Source: Candidatus Cloacimonadota bacterium (lineage in GTDB: Bacteria; Cloacimonadota; Cloacimonadia; G963667145). Taken from it: DNA of 64,000 nt. The notes under the pieces are model-generated. The model was not told where the DNA came from. It saw only the letters and a list, made by a program, of their open reading frames with translations, and made no database searches. This document shows, piece after piece, positions 40,596-50,286 of this stretch; the stretch's first letter is position 1, and every line of letters starts with the position of its first letter. Both the position numbers and the translations under genes were made by a program. Location of the stretch: assembly GCA_963676615.1 (NCBI GenBank), contig OY781092.1:224001-288000 (forward strand), given 5' to 3'.

Positions 40596-41807
40596 GTGAA
40601 ATTTAAGAAAAAAATAGTAACGCTTTTGCTGCTGGTTGTCGCAAAAAGCGGATTTGCCACTCTCTTGTTTTTTCCTGAAAATCAGGCAATTTATTCGACC
40701 AGAGAGTACTCTCAAGTCCGTTTGCCAGGTTCTGCTTTTCAGGTCGGAGTCTCCAACGATGCCTTTGATTTTAAAGGCTTTGAGCGTGTCTTAAAAATGT
40801 GCAAAAAAAATTACACGCTGACTCAGGACGACAAAGATTTTTTGACGGCAAACGACCTCACCTTCAAGACTTACAACTCGCTAACAGCGCTCAATTTTGG
40901 CTCTTGGAACTGGAACTTCCGCTCCGAATTTATCGCTTTTGGCGACCTGATGAATCTAAGCTCAAATTTTCTCACTTTCATTTTTGAAGGAAATATGGAC
41001 GCAGCAGCTATGGAAGAGCTCAAAAATCAAAATCCAGGTAATGGCTCGGAAACGATGGTTTTTATGAAAAGCAGTTTTGTTTATTCCAAAAAAGAGCCGT
41101 TTTATATCGACAATCTTTTCGATTTCAATTATCTGAATTTTGTCATTGTGCCGGGCTTTAATGTAAATGTTTATTCTCCAATAAAATACGCAAGAGTCGA
41201 AACCGACTATTTTACGGTGACGGACTCTAGCGCAAATATCCAGTTCACCAGATACAACTCTGAATCAGACGAGTTTTTTTCGGGATTTGGACTAGGACTC
41301 GGCATGGGAATGAAGGTGGAGATCGAAAACGGCTGGCTGTATTTGTCGGTGGACGACCTGTTGGCTTCGATGAACTATCAAAAAATCAAAAAAGAGCGGG
41401 TCGTGATAGATATGAATTTGCCGGGAAATGTTAATTTTGAGGACGACGGCAATAAACAAACCTATGACGAGAATTTTTATGACTATACGGTAAATCTAGA
41501 CCCGACGGTTGTTATGGGTGTGGAACGCTACTTGACGAACGATTTCAGCGTGATGGTGAAGCTTAAAAATTGCGATTACGCCCTTGACGATGGAGTCTCT
41601 GGGGGCTTCAATTATATGCCCAATCCGCATTGGCCGATGCAGGTCACTCTGGGCAATGGTCACGACGGCAAAATGTTTTACAAGCTAAAAACTGGTTTGA
41701 TTTTCAGCTATTTTGAATCCGACATCGCCTTTTTCTTTGCCGACGGAATTTTCACCTCTGCCAAAGGGTATGGAATCGAGGCAGATTTGTTCAAGATTAA
41801 ATTTTAG
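40596..41807 (+). CDS. Putative outer-membrane beta-barrel protein, paralogue 3
   Basis: Signal peptide, FPENQA, GFGLGLGMGM, SVDDL, terminal KIKF. Confidence 0.62.
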   Translation: MKFKKKIVTLLLLVVAKSGFATLLFFPENQAIYSTREYSQVRLPGSAFQVGVSNDAFDFKGFERVLKMCKKNYTLTQDDKDFLTANDLTFKTYNSLTALNFGSWNWNFRSEFIAFGDLMNLSSNFLTFIFEGNMDAAAMEELKNQNPGNGSETMVFMKSSFVYSKKEPFYIDNLFDFNYLNFVIVPGFNVNVYSPIKYARVETDYFTVTDSSANIQFTRYNSESDEFFSGFGLGLGMGMKVEIENGWLYLSVDDLLASMNYQKIKKERVVIDMNLPGNVNFEDDGNKQTYDENFYDYTVNLDPTVVMGVERYLTNDFSVMVKLKNCDYALDDGVSGGFNYMPNPHWPMQVTLGNGHDGKMFYKLKTGLIFSYFESDIAFFFADGIFTSAKGYGIEADLFKIKF

Positions 41808-42400
41808 TGCGTGCTATGACAAATATTCTTAACTCTTATCAAGAAAGTTTACGATTTTTGCAAGATTTTGTGGGAGATGAGCGAAATATCGCCAAAACGA
41901 AAGTTGTTGCCGAAAAGTTGGCGCAGGTTTTGCGATCTGGGGGCAAGGCTCTCTCTTGCGGAAACGGCGGTAGTATGTGCGATGCGATGCACTTTGCCGA
42001 GGAGTTCACCGGCAGGTTTTGCAAAGATCGTCCAGCTTTGCCAGCTATCGCTTTGAGCGACCCGTCGTTTTTGACTTGCGTAGGTAACGATTACGGTTTC
42101 GAGCAGGTTTTTGCGCGCGGAGTTGCCGCTTATGGCAAAAAAGGCGATTTTTTGGTGGCGATTTCTACTAGCGGAAATTCGGCGAATGTATTGGCGGCTG
42201 TGCGCGAGGCGAAAAAGCGTGGCCTTTATTGTGTTGGATTTTTGGGCAAAGACGGAGGAGAACTTTTGCAGGAGTGCGACGAGTTTTTTTTGGTTCCCGC
42301 CAAAACTTCCGACAGAGCGCAAGAGGTGCATACGATAATTTTGCACATCATTATTCAAGAGGTCGAGCGGATTTTGTATCCAGAAAATTATGCCGAATAG
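41807..42400 (+). CDS. gmhA: D-sedoheptulose-7-phosphate isomerase
   Basis: CGNGGSMCDAMHFAEE, GNDYGF, ISTSGNS, QEVH; alternative start 41816. Confidence 0.95.
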   Translation: MRAMTNILNSYQESLRFLQDFVGDERNIAKTKVVAEKLAQVLRSGGKALSCGNGGSMCDAMHFAEEFTGRFCKDRPALPAIALSDPSFLTCVGNDYGFEQVFARGVAAYGKKGDFLVAISTSGNSANVLAAVREAKKRGLYCVGFLGKDGGELLQECDEFFLVPAKTSDRAQEVHTIILHIIIQEVERILYPENYAE

Positions 42401-43502
42401 ATTGCAAGGGCAAGAGCGGGCTAAGTTGCTGCTGAGCAACGCTTTCGACACAGGTCGAGTGCAGGGCAGTTTTCTGTTTTATGGTCCAGATGGTGTGGGC
42501 AAATTTAGCAAAGCGCTGGAGTTTGCCATGATTCTTAATTGCACTTCGACCGAACAAAAGCCTTGCCGTGTTTGTAACTCTTGCAAAAAATTTTTGGCGC
42601 TGTCGCATCCCGATTTTACCTACATTTTTCCGACGCCGAACCTCAAATTTCAGCCCGACGGCACGATTGGAGAGAGCAAATTTTTGAAAGAGTATGAAGC
42701 TTTTTTGCACAACAAAATCGATACGCCCCACAAAAGTTTTTTTTTCTCGGCAGGCACGCTGATTCGCATAGACGCTGTTCATATGCTGTCTCATCGGCTA
42801 AATATGAGCGCCAGCGAGAGTCGATACAAGGTTTGCATAATCGAGGATGCGCACCTGATGAACCAAAATGCGGCGAACGCTTTCCTGAAAATTTTGGAGG
42901 AGCCGCCCAAAGATTGCGTGATTATTTTGATTACCTCGCAAAAGGAGAGTCTGCTGCCGACGATTGTGTCTCGTTGCAAAGGGGTGCCTTTTGCCAAGCT
43001 GTCGTGGAAGGTGATAGCCAGCGTTTTGCACAAGCGTTACGCGGTGGAGACGGAGCAGGCGGAGCTTTATGCGAAAATCGCCGATGGCAATATGGCGCGG
43101 GGCATTAGGTTGACCAAAGGTTTTGGGCTGGAACTGCGAGATTTGGCGCTGAAGCTATTGCAGGTGATGTCCAAAGGCGATGATAGCGCAATGAGTCAAA
43201 TGTCGGCTGATTTGGGCAAGTCGTCTGTCAAAAACGAGATGCAGGTGGTTTTGCGGTATCTGAGCTCTTTTATTTTGGATGTTTACAAATTGACGCTGGG
43301 CGCAGAGCAGATAACCAATTTCGACCATTTGCAACTTTTGCGTGGGATTGCGCAAAAAGATTGGCGGCGGAGTGCGCTTTTCCCCGATTTGGTGGAATAT
43401 TTGGATACGATTATAAAGGTTAGCAATCTGAATTATAGTTTGTTGCTGATGGTTGTCTATGCCCGATATCGCGGCTGTGGCGCCAGTTATGCAGGGGTTT
43501 AG
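42390..43502 (+). CDS. holB: DNA polymerase III delta' subunit
   Basis: LFYGPDGVGK, C-x6-CRVCNSC, HPDF, AANAFLKILEEPP, LLPTIVSRC. Confidence 0.88.
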   Translation: MPNRLQGQERAKLLLSNAFDTGRVQGSFLFYGPDGVGKFSKALEFAMILNCTSTEQKPCRVCNSCKKFLALSHPDFTYIFPTPNLKFQPDGTIGESKFLKEYEAFLHNKIDTPHKSFFFSAGTLIRIDAVHMLSHRLNMSASESRYKVCIIEDAHLMNQNAANAFLKILEEPPKDCVIILITSQKESLLPTIVSRCKGVPFAKLSWKVIASVLHKRYAVETEQAELYAKIADGNMARGIRLTKGFGLELRDLALKLLQVMSKGDDSAMSQMSADLGKSSVKNEMQVVLRYLSSFILDVYKLTLGAEQITNFDHLQLLRGIAQKDWRRSALFPDLVEYLDTIIKVSNLNYSLLLMVVYARYRGCGASYAGV

Positions 43503-43588
43503 AAAAAAAGTTTTCGAAATGAGAAGAAAATACTTGACCAGAAACACCCTGCTTTTTCTGTAGGGACACAAGATTGATAGTCGCAGTT

Positions 43589-43666
43589 CGGGGTGTAGCG
43601 CAGTCCGGTTAGCGCACTGGTTTTGGGAACCAGGGGTCGAAGGTTCGAATCCTTCTACCCCGACCA
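43589..43666 (+). tRNA. tRNA-Pro(UGG)
   Basis: Cloverleaf; anticodon arm CTGGT-TTTGGGA-ACCAG; encoded CCA. Confidence 0.95.
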
Positions 43667-43675
43667 TTTAAAAAT

Positions 43676-43751
43676 GGGTGTTTAGCTCAGTTGGGAGAGC
43701 ACCTGCCTTACAAGCAGGTGGTCGGGGGTTCAAGTCCCTCAACACCCACCA
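43676..43751 (+). tRNA. tRNA-Val(UAC)
   Basis: Anticodon arm CCTGC-CTTACAA-GCAGG; CCA end. Confidence 0.95.
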
Positions 43752-43783
43752 TTTTTTTTTGTGAATATCAATCTCCTAAGTTT

Positions 43784-43860
43784 GGGGGTGTAGTTCAGTT
43801 GGTTAGAACGTCTGCCTGTCACGCAGAAGGTCGCGAGTTCGAGTCCCGTCACTCCCGCCA
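43784..43860 (+). tRNA. tRNA-Asp(GUC)
   Basis: Anticodon arm TCTGC-CTGTCAC-GCAGA; CCA end. Confidence 0.95.
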
Positions 43861-43866
43861 TATTTC

Positions 43867-43909
43867 AAGCATCTATTTGCCCATCGGGCGAGAGTAGATG
43901 CTTTTTTTT
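43867..43909 (+). terminator. Rho-independent terminator after the tRNA cluster
   Basis: aagcatcta...tagatgctt stem plus T-run. Confidence 0.75.
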
Positions 43910-43926
43910 ATTGAAGGAGATAAATT

Positions 43927-44382
43927 ATGCCCAGACAGAAGTTTAGGTTCAATCCTTTCTTGAGAATTTTCACTCTTTTGGTTGGAATTTTGGCGATAGC
44001 CTACGGGGTTTATGCGATTTTTGTAATTCAGCCCGAAGGCAAATTGCGGCTGGTTTTGCCCTACATCGTGATTTTGCTGGCTGCCAACTCCGTTTTCCGC
44101 AACCTTTTTACTTTAAATTCAATAACTTTTGCTGGTGGAATGGTGATTTTCAAAAAACTGGCGCTGCCAAAATTTAGTCTCAAGCTGAAAAATATTGTCA
44201 AAATCAGTTTCGTTGATCGGAAGATGCGGTATTTGCGGCTCTCTTATCAAAACGGACAAACTCTTGAAAATTACACTTTTAACCTCGGTTTTCCCGCTGT
44301 TTTGGACGCTTTGTCGGAGATGAAGAAAAAAAATCCAGCTATCGAATTTGCGGGCGATTTGGGAAAAGATTTTGTAAAATGA
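43927..44382 (+). CDS. Hypothetical membrane protein (2 TM plus small soluble domain)
   Basis: RBS aaggag; two hydrophobic segments; ATGA overlap with next gene. Confidence 0.7.
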   Translation: MPRQKFRFNPFLRIFTLLVGILAIAYGVYAIFVIQPEGKLRLVLPYIVILLAANSVFRNLFTLNSITFAGGMVIFKKLALPKFSLKLKNIVKISFVDRKMRYLRLSYQNGQTLENYTFNLGFPAVLDALSEMKKKNPAIEFAGDLGKDFVK

Positions 44383-45149
44383 TGCAGGTAGAGCGCGCAA
44401 TAATTGGTGGCACGGGCGTTTATAGCGCTGGTGTGAGCGGCTTGAGAAGCGTTTGTGTGGAGACCGAGTTTGGTCTTGTAACGCTGGATGTTGGTGAGAT
44501 TTCTGGGAAAAAGGTCGCTTTTTTGGCGCGGCACGGCAAAGAGCATTCGGCGCCGCCTCACAGGATAAACTATTTGGCGAATATGAAAGCGTTGCAAACG
44601 CTGGGCGTGAAGTTTGTTTACGCGACCGCAGCCGTAGGTTCGTGTCACAAATCTTATAGCGTCGGCGATTTGGTGCTGATTGATGACTTTATCGACTTTA
44701 CCAGCGGCAGAGTTAGCTCCTATTACGACGCCGTCGGCTCGGTGGCTCATGTGAAGATGGACGCTCCCTATTGCCGATATTTGCAAGACAAATTGAAACA
44801 GGTCGCAAGCTTGCTAATTGCCAGAGACGGAGTGGTTTACGGATGCACACAAGGTCCGAGATTTGAGACCGCCAGCGAAATTCGAGCTTACAAAAATTTG
44901 GGCGCCGATGTCATCGGAATGACGGGCGTTCCTGAGGTTTGCCTCGCCAAAGAGTTGGGGATGTGCTATGCGGCAGTGGGCGTTGTGACCAATATGTGCA
45001 GCGGAGTTGAGGCGGAAATCACGCATCAGGAGATTATCGCCAGTATGTCGCAAAATAAGGGGAAGCTCATAAACGCTTTTGAGGTAGTGTTTTCGCAGGA
45101 TCTCACGCAAGAGCGGTGCGATTGCAAAAACTCGTTGATTTTTTTGTAG
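44379..45149 (+). CDS. S-methyl-5'-thioadenosine/thioinosine phosphorylase (PNP/MTAP family)
   Basis: IIGGTG, FLARHG, PPHRINY, GPRFET, IGMTGVPE, VTNM. Confidence 0.9.
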   Translation: MMQVERAIIGGTGVYSAGVSGLRSVCVETEFGLVTLDVGEISGKKVAFLARHGKEHSAPPHRINYLANMKALQTLGVKFVYATAAVGSCHKSYSVGDLVLIDDFIDFTSGRVSSYYDAVGSVAHVKMDAPYCRYLQDKLKQVASLLIARDGVVYGCTQGPRFETASEIRAYKNLGADVIGMTGVPEVCLAKELGMCYAAVGVVTNMCSGVEAEITHQEIIASMSQNKGKLINAFEVVFSQDLTQERCDCKNSLIFL

Positions 45150-45602
45150 ATGATCAGAATTTTTTGGATTGGCAAAACGAAAAACAAGCACATTCGAGAG
45201 TTAATCGACTATTATCTGAAGCTTGCCTCGCGGTTTCAGCCGCTGAAAGTTTGCGATTTGCCCAAGGCGAAAAAGGGCGTTTCCAAAGACGAAATCAAGG
45301 AGCAAGAGGCGCAAACGATTTTGAGTAAATTTGCTTCAGGCGGCTTGAATATTTTGCTTGATGAAAGGGGAGAAAGTTTTGAATCGCCGCAATTTGCCAG
45401 TTTTTTGCAAAAAAAATCTGCACAGGAGATCAATTTTTTCATCGGCGGAGCTTTTGGTTTTGCGCCGATTGTTCGAGAAAAAGCTGATTTTTTGCTGAGT
45501 TTTTCGGCGATGACATTCACTCACGATATGATAAGGGCTTTGCTTTGCGAGCAGATTTATCGGGCTTTCACGATAACCGCCGGCAAAGAGTATCACTATT
45601 AA
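45150..45602 (+). CDS. rlmH: 23S rRNA pseudouridine1915 N3-methyltransferase
   Basis: LDERG, FFIGGAFG, LSFSAMTFTH, EQIYRA, YH. Confidence 0.93.
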   Translation: MIRIFWIGKTKNKHIRELIDYYLKLASRFQPLKVCDLPKAKKGVSKDEIKEQEAQTILSKFASGGLNILLDERGESFESPQFASFLQKKSAQEINFFIGGAFGFAPIVREKADFLLSFSAMTFTHDMIRALLCEQIYRAFTITAGKEYHY

Positions 45603-45603
45603 A

Positions 45604-46644
45604 ATGCACATTTTTGATTTTCCTACGCAGGAGAGTTTGGCGATTTTTTTGCAGGAGCGAGGGTTTGCTAAGTTTCGAGCTGGGCAGATTTTAGATTGGG
45701 TTTACGCAAAGTTAGTTTTGGATTTGGAGCAGATGAGTAATTTGCCCAAAGATTTGCGAAAAACGCTTGCGGAAGATTTGAGCTGGGAGATTTTAGCGGA
45801 GCATCGGCGACAAAAAGCGCCCGACGGATCGGTTAAGGTGGCTTTGGCTTTGGCAGACGGCAATATCATCGAGAGCGTTTTGCTTTCGGCAGAGCGCAGG
45901 TTGACGCTTTGCGTTTCGACGCAGGTTGGTTGCAAAATGGGCTGTAAATTTTGCGCAACGGGCAAGCTCGGATTTGTGCGCAATCTTTCGACAGCGGAGA
46001 TTGTCTCTCAGATTTTTTGGGCGGCAAAGGTGTGCGCCGAGCAGGGCAGACGGCTGAGCAACCTGGTGTATATGGGGATGGGAGAGCCGCTGGACAATTA
46101 TCAGGCGACGGTGGCTAGCGTGCGTATCGCCAAAAAATTTTTTGGTTTGGGCGCGAAAAGAATCGTGATTTCCACCTGCGGTTTACCAGAGGAAATTGCC
46201 GCTCTTGCGCAAGATGAGCCGAATCTCAAGTTGGCTGTGTCGCTACATTCCGCAAAAGAGCAGAGCCGCAAAATTTTGATGCCGATAGCCAGAAAGCACT
46301 CTTTGCAGGAGTTGAAAAAAGCTCTTTTCACTTTTGCCAAACGCTCGCCGTTCAAGCTGACTTTTGAGTATATTTTGCTGCCCGATGTGAATATGAGCGG
46401 TGCCGACGCCAAAGCGCTTATTTCGTATTTGGGAGATTTGCCCGCGAAGGTGAATTTCATCCCTTACAATAAGGTCAGCGGGCTGGATTACGCCTCGCCT
46501 AGCAAAGCTGAAATCGCTAAATTTTGCGCAAAATTTTCGGCGAGCGCTTTTTCTTGCACGCTGCGAAATTCTCAAGGGGCTAAAGTGCAGGCGGCTTGTG
46601 GACAGCTCGCTGGGGATAAAAAAAGCTCTACCCAAAAAAGATAG
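45604..46644 (+). CDS. rlmN: 23S rRNA A2503 C2-methyltransferase (radical SAM)
   Basis: CVSTQVGCKMGCKFCATG, MGMGEP, LAVSLH, AACGQL. Confidence 0.93.
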   Translation: MHIFDFPTQESLAIFLQERGFAKFRAGQILDWVYAKLVLDLEQMSNLPKDLRKTLAEDLSWEILAEHRRQKAPDGSVKVALALADGNIIESVLLSAERRLTLCVSTQVGCKMGCKFCATGKLGFVRNLSTAEIVSQIFWAAKVCAEQGRRLSNLVYMGMGEPLDNYQATVASVRIAKKFFGLGAKRIVISTCGLPEEIAALAQDEPNLKLAVSLHSAKEQSRKILMPIARKHSLQELKKALFTFAKRSPFKLTFEYILLPDVNMSGADAKALISYLGDLPAKVNFIPYNKVSGLDYASPSKAEIAKFCAKFSASAFSCTLRNSQGAKVQAACGQLAGDKKSSTQKR

Positions 46645-46670
46645 AGCTAACTGTTTTATTTTTCAAAAAG

Positions 46671-47240
46671 TTACTTGATTCTCTCCAAGTATTTTCCCGT
46701 GCGTGTGTCGATTTTAACGACGCTTCCCTCTTCGACAAAAAACGGGATTGAAATGCTCATTCCTGTCTCGGTTTTGCCTGTTTTATAGCTGGTGGAAGCG
46801 GAATTGCCCTTCACATTTGGCTCGCATTCGGTAACTTTCAGGTTGACGCTGGTCGGCAGTTCAATCCCCAAAATCACGCTGCTATCGTCCTCGCGGAACT
46901 TGATTTTGACGCTGGTGCCCTCGAGCAAATAGTATTTGTTGTCGCCCACAACCTCTTTGGTGACGGCGATTTGCTCGAAAGTTTCGCTGTTCATAAAGTG
47001 AAAAAAATCTTCGTCGGAGTAGAGAAAATCCAGTTTGTGCGCCTCCACTCGGATCGGCTCGATTTTTTCGCCAGCGCGAAAAGTGTTCTCAACCACTTGC
47101 CCAGTTTGCACATTTTTTAGCTTTGTCCGCACGAAAGCTCCGCCTTTGCCGGGCTTTACATGCAAAAATTCCACGACTTCCCACAATTTGTCTTTGAAGT
47201 CGATAATCAGTCCATTACGAATATCAGAAGTTGTTGCCAT
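46671..47240 (-). CDS. efp: Elongation factor P
   Basis: HVKPGKGGAFVRTKLKN, IDTRTGKY. Confidence 0.96.
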   Translation of the reverse strand: MATTSDIRNGLIIDFKDKLWEVVEFLHVKPGKGGAFVRTKLKNVQTGQVVENTFRAGEKIEPIRVEAHKLDFLYSDEDFFHFMNSETFEQIAVTKEVVGDNKYYLLEGTSVKIKFREDDSSVILGIELPTSVNLKVTECEPNVKGNSASTSYKTGKTETGMSISIPFFVEEGSVVKIDTRTGKYLERIK

Positions 47241-47330
47241 AATTTCATAAGCTCCTTAATTTTCAAAAAGTTATCTCAAGCCAAACGCTTGACTTTTGTT
47301 TATATTTTTTTTGAATTTGGCGTTTCCACA

Positions 47331-47358
47331 AAAAAAAAGCCTCCTAAAAATAGGGGCT
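47331..47358 (-). terminator. Terminator downstream of tRNA-Leu
   Basis: Minus strand agccccta...aggaggct followed by a T-run. Confidence 0.6.
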
Positions 47359-47366
47359 AAAAAAAA

Positions 47367-47453
47367 TGGTGCCGAAGGCCGGACTCGAACCGGCACGAGC
47401 AAAAACTCGGAGGATTTTGAATCCACTGCGTCTACCAATTTCACCACTTCGGC
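47367..47453 (-). tRNA. tRNA-Leu(CAA)
   Basis: GCCGAAG acceptor, loop TTCAAAA, long variable arm, GGTTCGAGTCC, CCA. Confidence 0.93.
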
Positions 47454-47665
47454 TTATAAAAATCACAAAAAAATCACCATTTGTGTCCAACCAAATTTTC
47501 GGGATTATTCAGTCAAGCAAATTTTTTCTTAGCTTTGTAATTTTCTTTAATTTGCGCAAATATGAGCTTTATCTGTTTTTTTGTTGACAATTGAGGTAAA
47601 AAGTTTTTGCTTTTTGATTTGGTTGAAATTTGTTTGATTTTTGGTGAAATGAAAAGGAGGGAATT

Positions 47666-48901
47666 ATGGGAGACAATGTAAATCACAGTCACGATTTTTC
47701 GCTAGAGAAAGTGCCTGAGGGCTCAAAAAGGGGATTTTGGTCGCTTTTGGTGGTAATGCTTGGATTTACTTTTTTTTCTGCAAGTATGTGGGCTGGTGGG
47801 AGTCTCGGGACGCAATTGAGCTTGGGTAAATTTTTTATAGTGGTGCTTTGCGGAAATCTGATTTTGGGCGTATATACTGGTTTGCTTGCGAATATTGCCG
47901 CCAAAACTGGCTTGAGCACACATTTGCTGGCGCACTATTCTTATGGAACGAAAGGCTCATATCTGGCGTCGTTTTTGCTCGCTTTTACGCAGATAGGCTG
48001 GTTTGGTGTGGGAGTGGCGATGTTTGCGCTTCCTGTGCAAAAAGTGACAGGTGCGAACATCTATTTACTCGTGGTGCTCTCTGGCGCTTTGATGACCTGC
48101 ACGGCGTATTTTGGCTTTAAAGCTCTGACAGCTCTTAGCTTTGTGGCGGTGCCAGCAATTACGATTTTGGGACTGATGTCTGTCAGCAAGGCCGCGGGTT
48201 CGATTGGAGGATTTGGGGCTTTAGCAAGCATTACGCCGTCAAACAGTATGTCGATGTATATTGCGATTTCTGCGTGCGTGGGCTCTTTTATTTCGGGCGG
48301 AACGCTAACGCCGGACTTCACAAGATTTGCCAAAAACTCTAAAATCAGCGTCTCGACAACAGTGATAGCTTTTTTTATCGGCAACACTTTGATGTTTTTC
48401 TTCGGCGCAGTGGGTGCTATGGCGACAGGCAAATCGGACATTTCGGAAGTGCTTTTTGGACAGGAACTGATTATTGCGGGCATCGTCATTCTCGGATTTA
48501 ACATCTGGACGACTAACGATAATGCCCTTTATGCCTCTGGTTTGGGATTGTCCAATATCACCAAATTGCCCAAAAACAAGTTGATTATTTTTATCGGGAT
48601 TTTAGGAACGCTCGCCGCTCTTTGGTTATACGACAACTTTGTCGGTTGGCTTAGTTTTTTGAGCGTGGCGATTCCCTCAATAGGTGCAATTATTATCACC
48701 GATTTTTATATCGTCCATAAGAGAAAATACGCCGAATACAACGGAAAAGGACACAAGGAGATTCATTGGCCTGCTATTTTGGCTTGGATTATCGGATTTT
48801 TGGCTGCTAAATTTATTCCGGGTGTGCCGCCAATCAACGGGATTTTGGCTGCAGGAGTCAGTTATTATCTAGTTTGTAAAATTTCTGGTGTAAAAGCTTA
48901 G
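47666..48901 (+). CDS. codB: Cytosine permease (NCS1 family)
   Basis: VMLGFTFFSASMWAG, TQIGWFGVGVAMFA, NIWTTNDNALY; adjacent to codA. Confidence 0.92.
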   Translation: MGDNVNHSHDFSLEKVPEGSKRGFWSLLVVMLGFTFFSASMWAGGSLGTQLSLGKFFIVVLCGNLILGVYTGLLANIAAKTGLSTHLLAHYSYGTKGSYLASFLLAFTQIGWFGVGVAMFALPVQKVTGANIYLLVVLSGALMTCTAYFGFKALTALSFVAVPAITILGLMSVSKAAGSIGGFGALASITPSNSMSMYIAISACVGSFISGGTLTPDFTRFAKNSKISVSTTVIAFFIGNTLMFFFGAVGAMATGKSDISEVLFGQELIIAGIVILGFNIWTTNDNALYASGLGLSNITKLPKNKLIIFIGILGTLAALWLYDNFVGWLSFLSVAIPSIGAIIITDFYIVHKRKYAEYNGKGHKEIHWPAILAWIIGFLAAKFIPGVPPINGILAAGVSYYLVCKISGVKA

Positions 48902-48926
48902 TGTTTGAGATTTGGGAGAGATTAAA

Positions 48927-50186
48927 ATGATCGTGAAAAATGTGAAATTGCGTGGCAGAGAAGGAGTTTGGCAAATTTTGGTAAAAGACGGAAAAATTGC
49001 GAAAATTGCCAAAGATTTGCCAGAAGAAGATGTGCAAGTGATAGATGGCGAGGGAAATCTTGCTTGGCCGCCGTTTGTCGAGCCGCATGTGCATTTGGAC
49101 ACAACTCTCACTGCTGGTCAGCCAAGGTGGAATCTCTCGGGCACGCTTTTTGAGGGCATCGAAAGATGGTCGGAGCGAAAGCAGACGCTCAGCGAAGAAG
49201 ATGTGATGGCACGGGCAAAAAAAGCGATTTCTTGGCAGATAGCCGGAGGCATTCAGCACATTCGGACTCATGTGGACACGACAGACCCCCAGCTCACTGC
49301 AGTTCGAGCTTTGGCGAAGGTGCGCGAGGAGCTGAAAGATGTGGTTGATTTGCAAATTGTTGCTTTTCCTCAAGAGGGAATTTTGTCGTATCCGAAAGGC
49401 TTGGATTTGATGAAAAAGGCGATAGATTTGGGTGCAGATGTGATTGGAGCGATTCCGCATTTTGAGTTCACTAGGGAGTATGGGGTGCAGTCGATTGAGC
49501 AGATTATGGCTCTGGCAAAAGAGACGGGGCTGCTAGTGGATGTGCATTGCGACGAGATAGACGATGAGCAGTCGCGATTTGTGGAGGTGCTGGCGACAAA
49601 AGCTTTGGAATATGGCATCGGCGAGAAAGTTACTGCGAGCCACACAACGGCGATGCATTCATATAACAACGCCTACGCTTATAAACTTTTTCGATTGTTG
49701 AAGATGTCGGGAATAAATTTCGCCTCCAATCCGCTGGTAAATATTCACCTGCAAGGGCGGTTCGACAATTATCCCAAAAGAAGAGGGCTGACCAGAGTGC
49801 CAGAAATGCTGGATGCGGGCATAAATGTTTGTTTTGGTCACGACGATATTTTCGACCCTTGGTATCCGCTGGGCACTGGCAATATGTTGCAAGTGTTGCA
49901 TATGGGGCTACATGTGGTGCAGATTATGGGCTACGAGCAGCTTTGCAACTCGCTAGATTTGATTTCCTACAATAGCGCCAAAACTTTGCAATTGGACAGC
50001 TACGGGATAGAAGAGGGTAACGACGCCAATTTTATCATTTTAAGTCAGGACAACCCGTATGATGCGTTGAGATTGCAGGCAAAGGTCGCTTATTCAATCC
50101 GAAAAGGCAAAATAATCTCTCGTTGTCAGCCGTTTAAAACCTATGTAGATTTGGGCGCAGGCGAAAAAGAGGTAGATTATAAGTGA
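48927..50186 (+). CDS. codA: Cytosine deaminase
   Basis: [47 protein letters not shown]. Confidence 0.94.
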   Translation: MIVKNVKLRGREGVWQILVKDGKIAKIAKDLPEEDVQVIDGEGNLAWPPFVEPHVHLDTTLTAGQPRWNLSGTLFEGIERWSERKQTLSEEDVMARAKKAISWQIAGGIQHIRTHVDTTDPQLTAVRALAKVREELKDVVDLQIVAFPQEGILSYPKGLDLMKKAIDLGADVIGAIPHFEFTREYGVQSIEQIMALAKETGLLVDVHCDEIDDEQSRFVEVLATKALEYGIGEKVTASHTTAMHSYNNAYAYKLFRLLKMSGINFASNPLVNIHLQGRFDNYPKRRGLTRVPEMLDAGINVCFGHDDIFDPWYPLGTGNMLQVLHMGLHVVQIMGYEQLCNSLDLISYNSAKTLQLDSYGIEEGNDANFIILSQDNPYDALRLQAKVAYSIRKGKIISRCQPFKTYVDLGAGEKEVDYK

Positions 50187-50286
50187 TTTGATAATTTCGC
50201 TGTGCTTTGTCTCAAAAAAAAGATTGACGGCTTGTTGAAGTCGGCAGAGTTTTGGGGAAATTTGATAAAAATTAAGGAGAGATTTT

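Noticed and set aside
43155..43897. ORFs 43155-43667(-) and 43691-43897(+)
   Set aside because: They overlap tRNA genes; typical spurious tRNA-derived ORFs.
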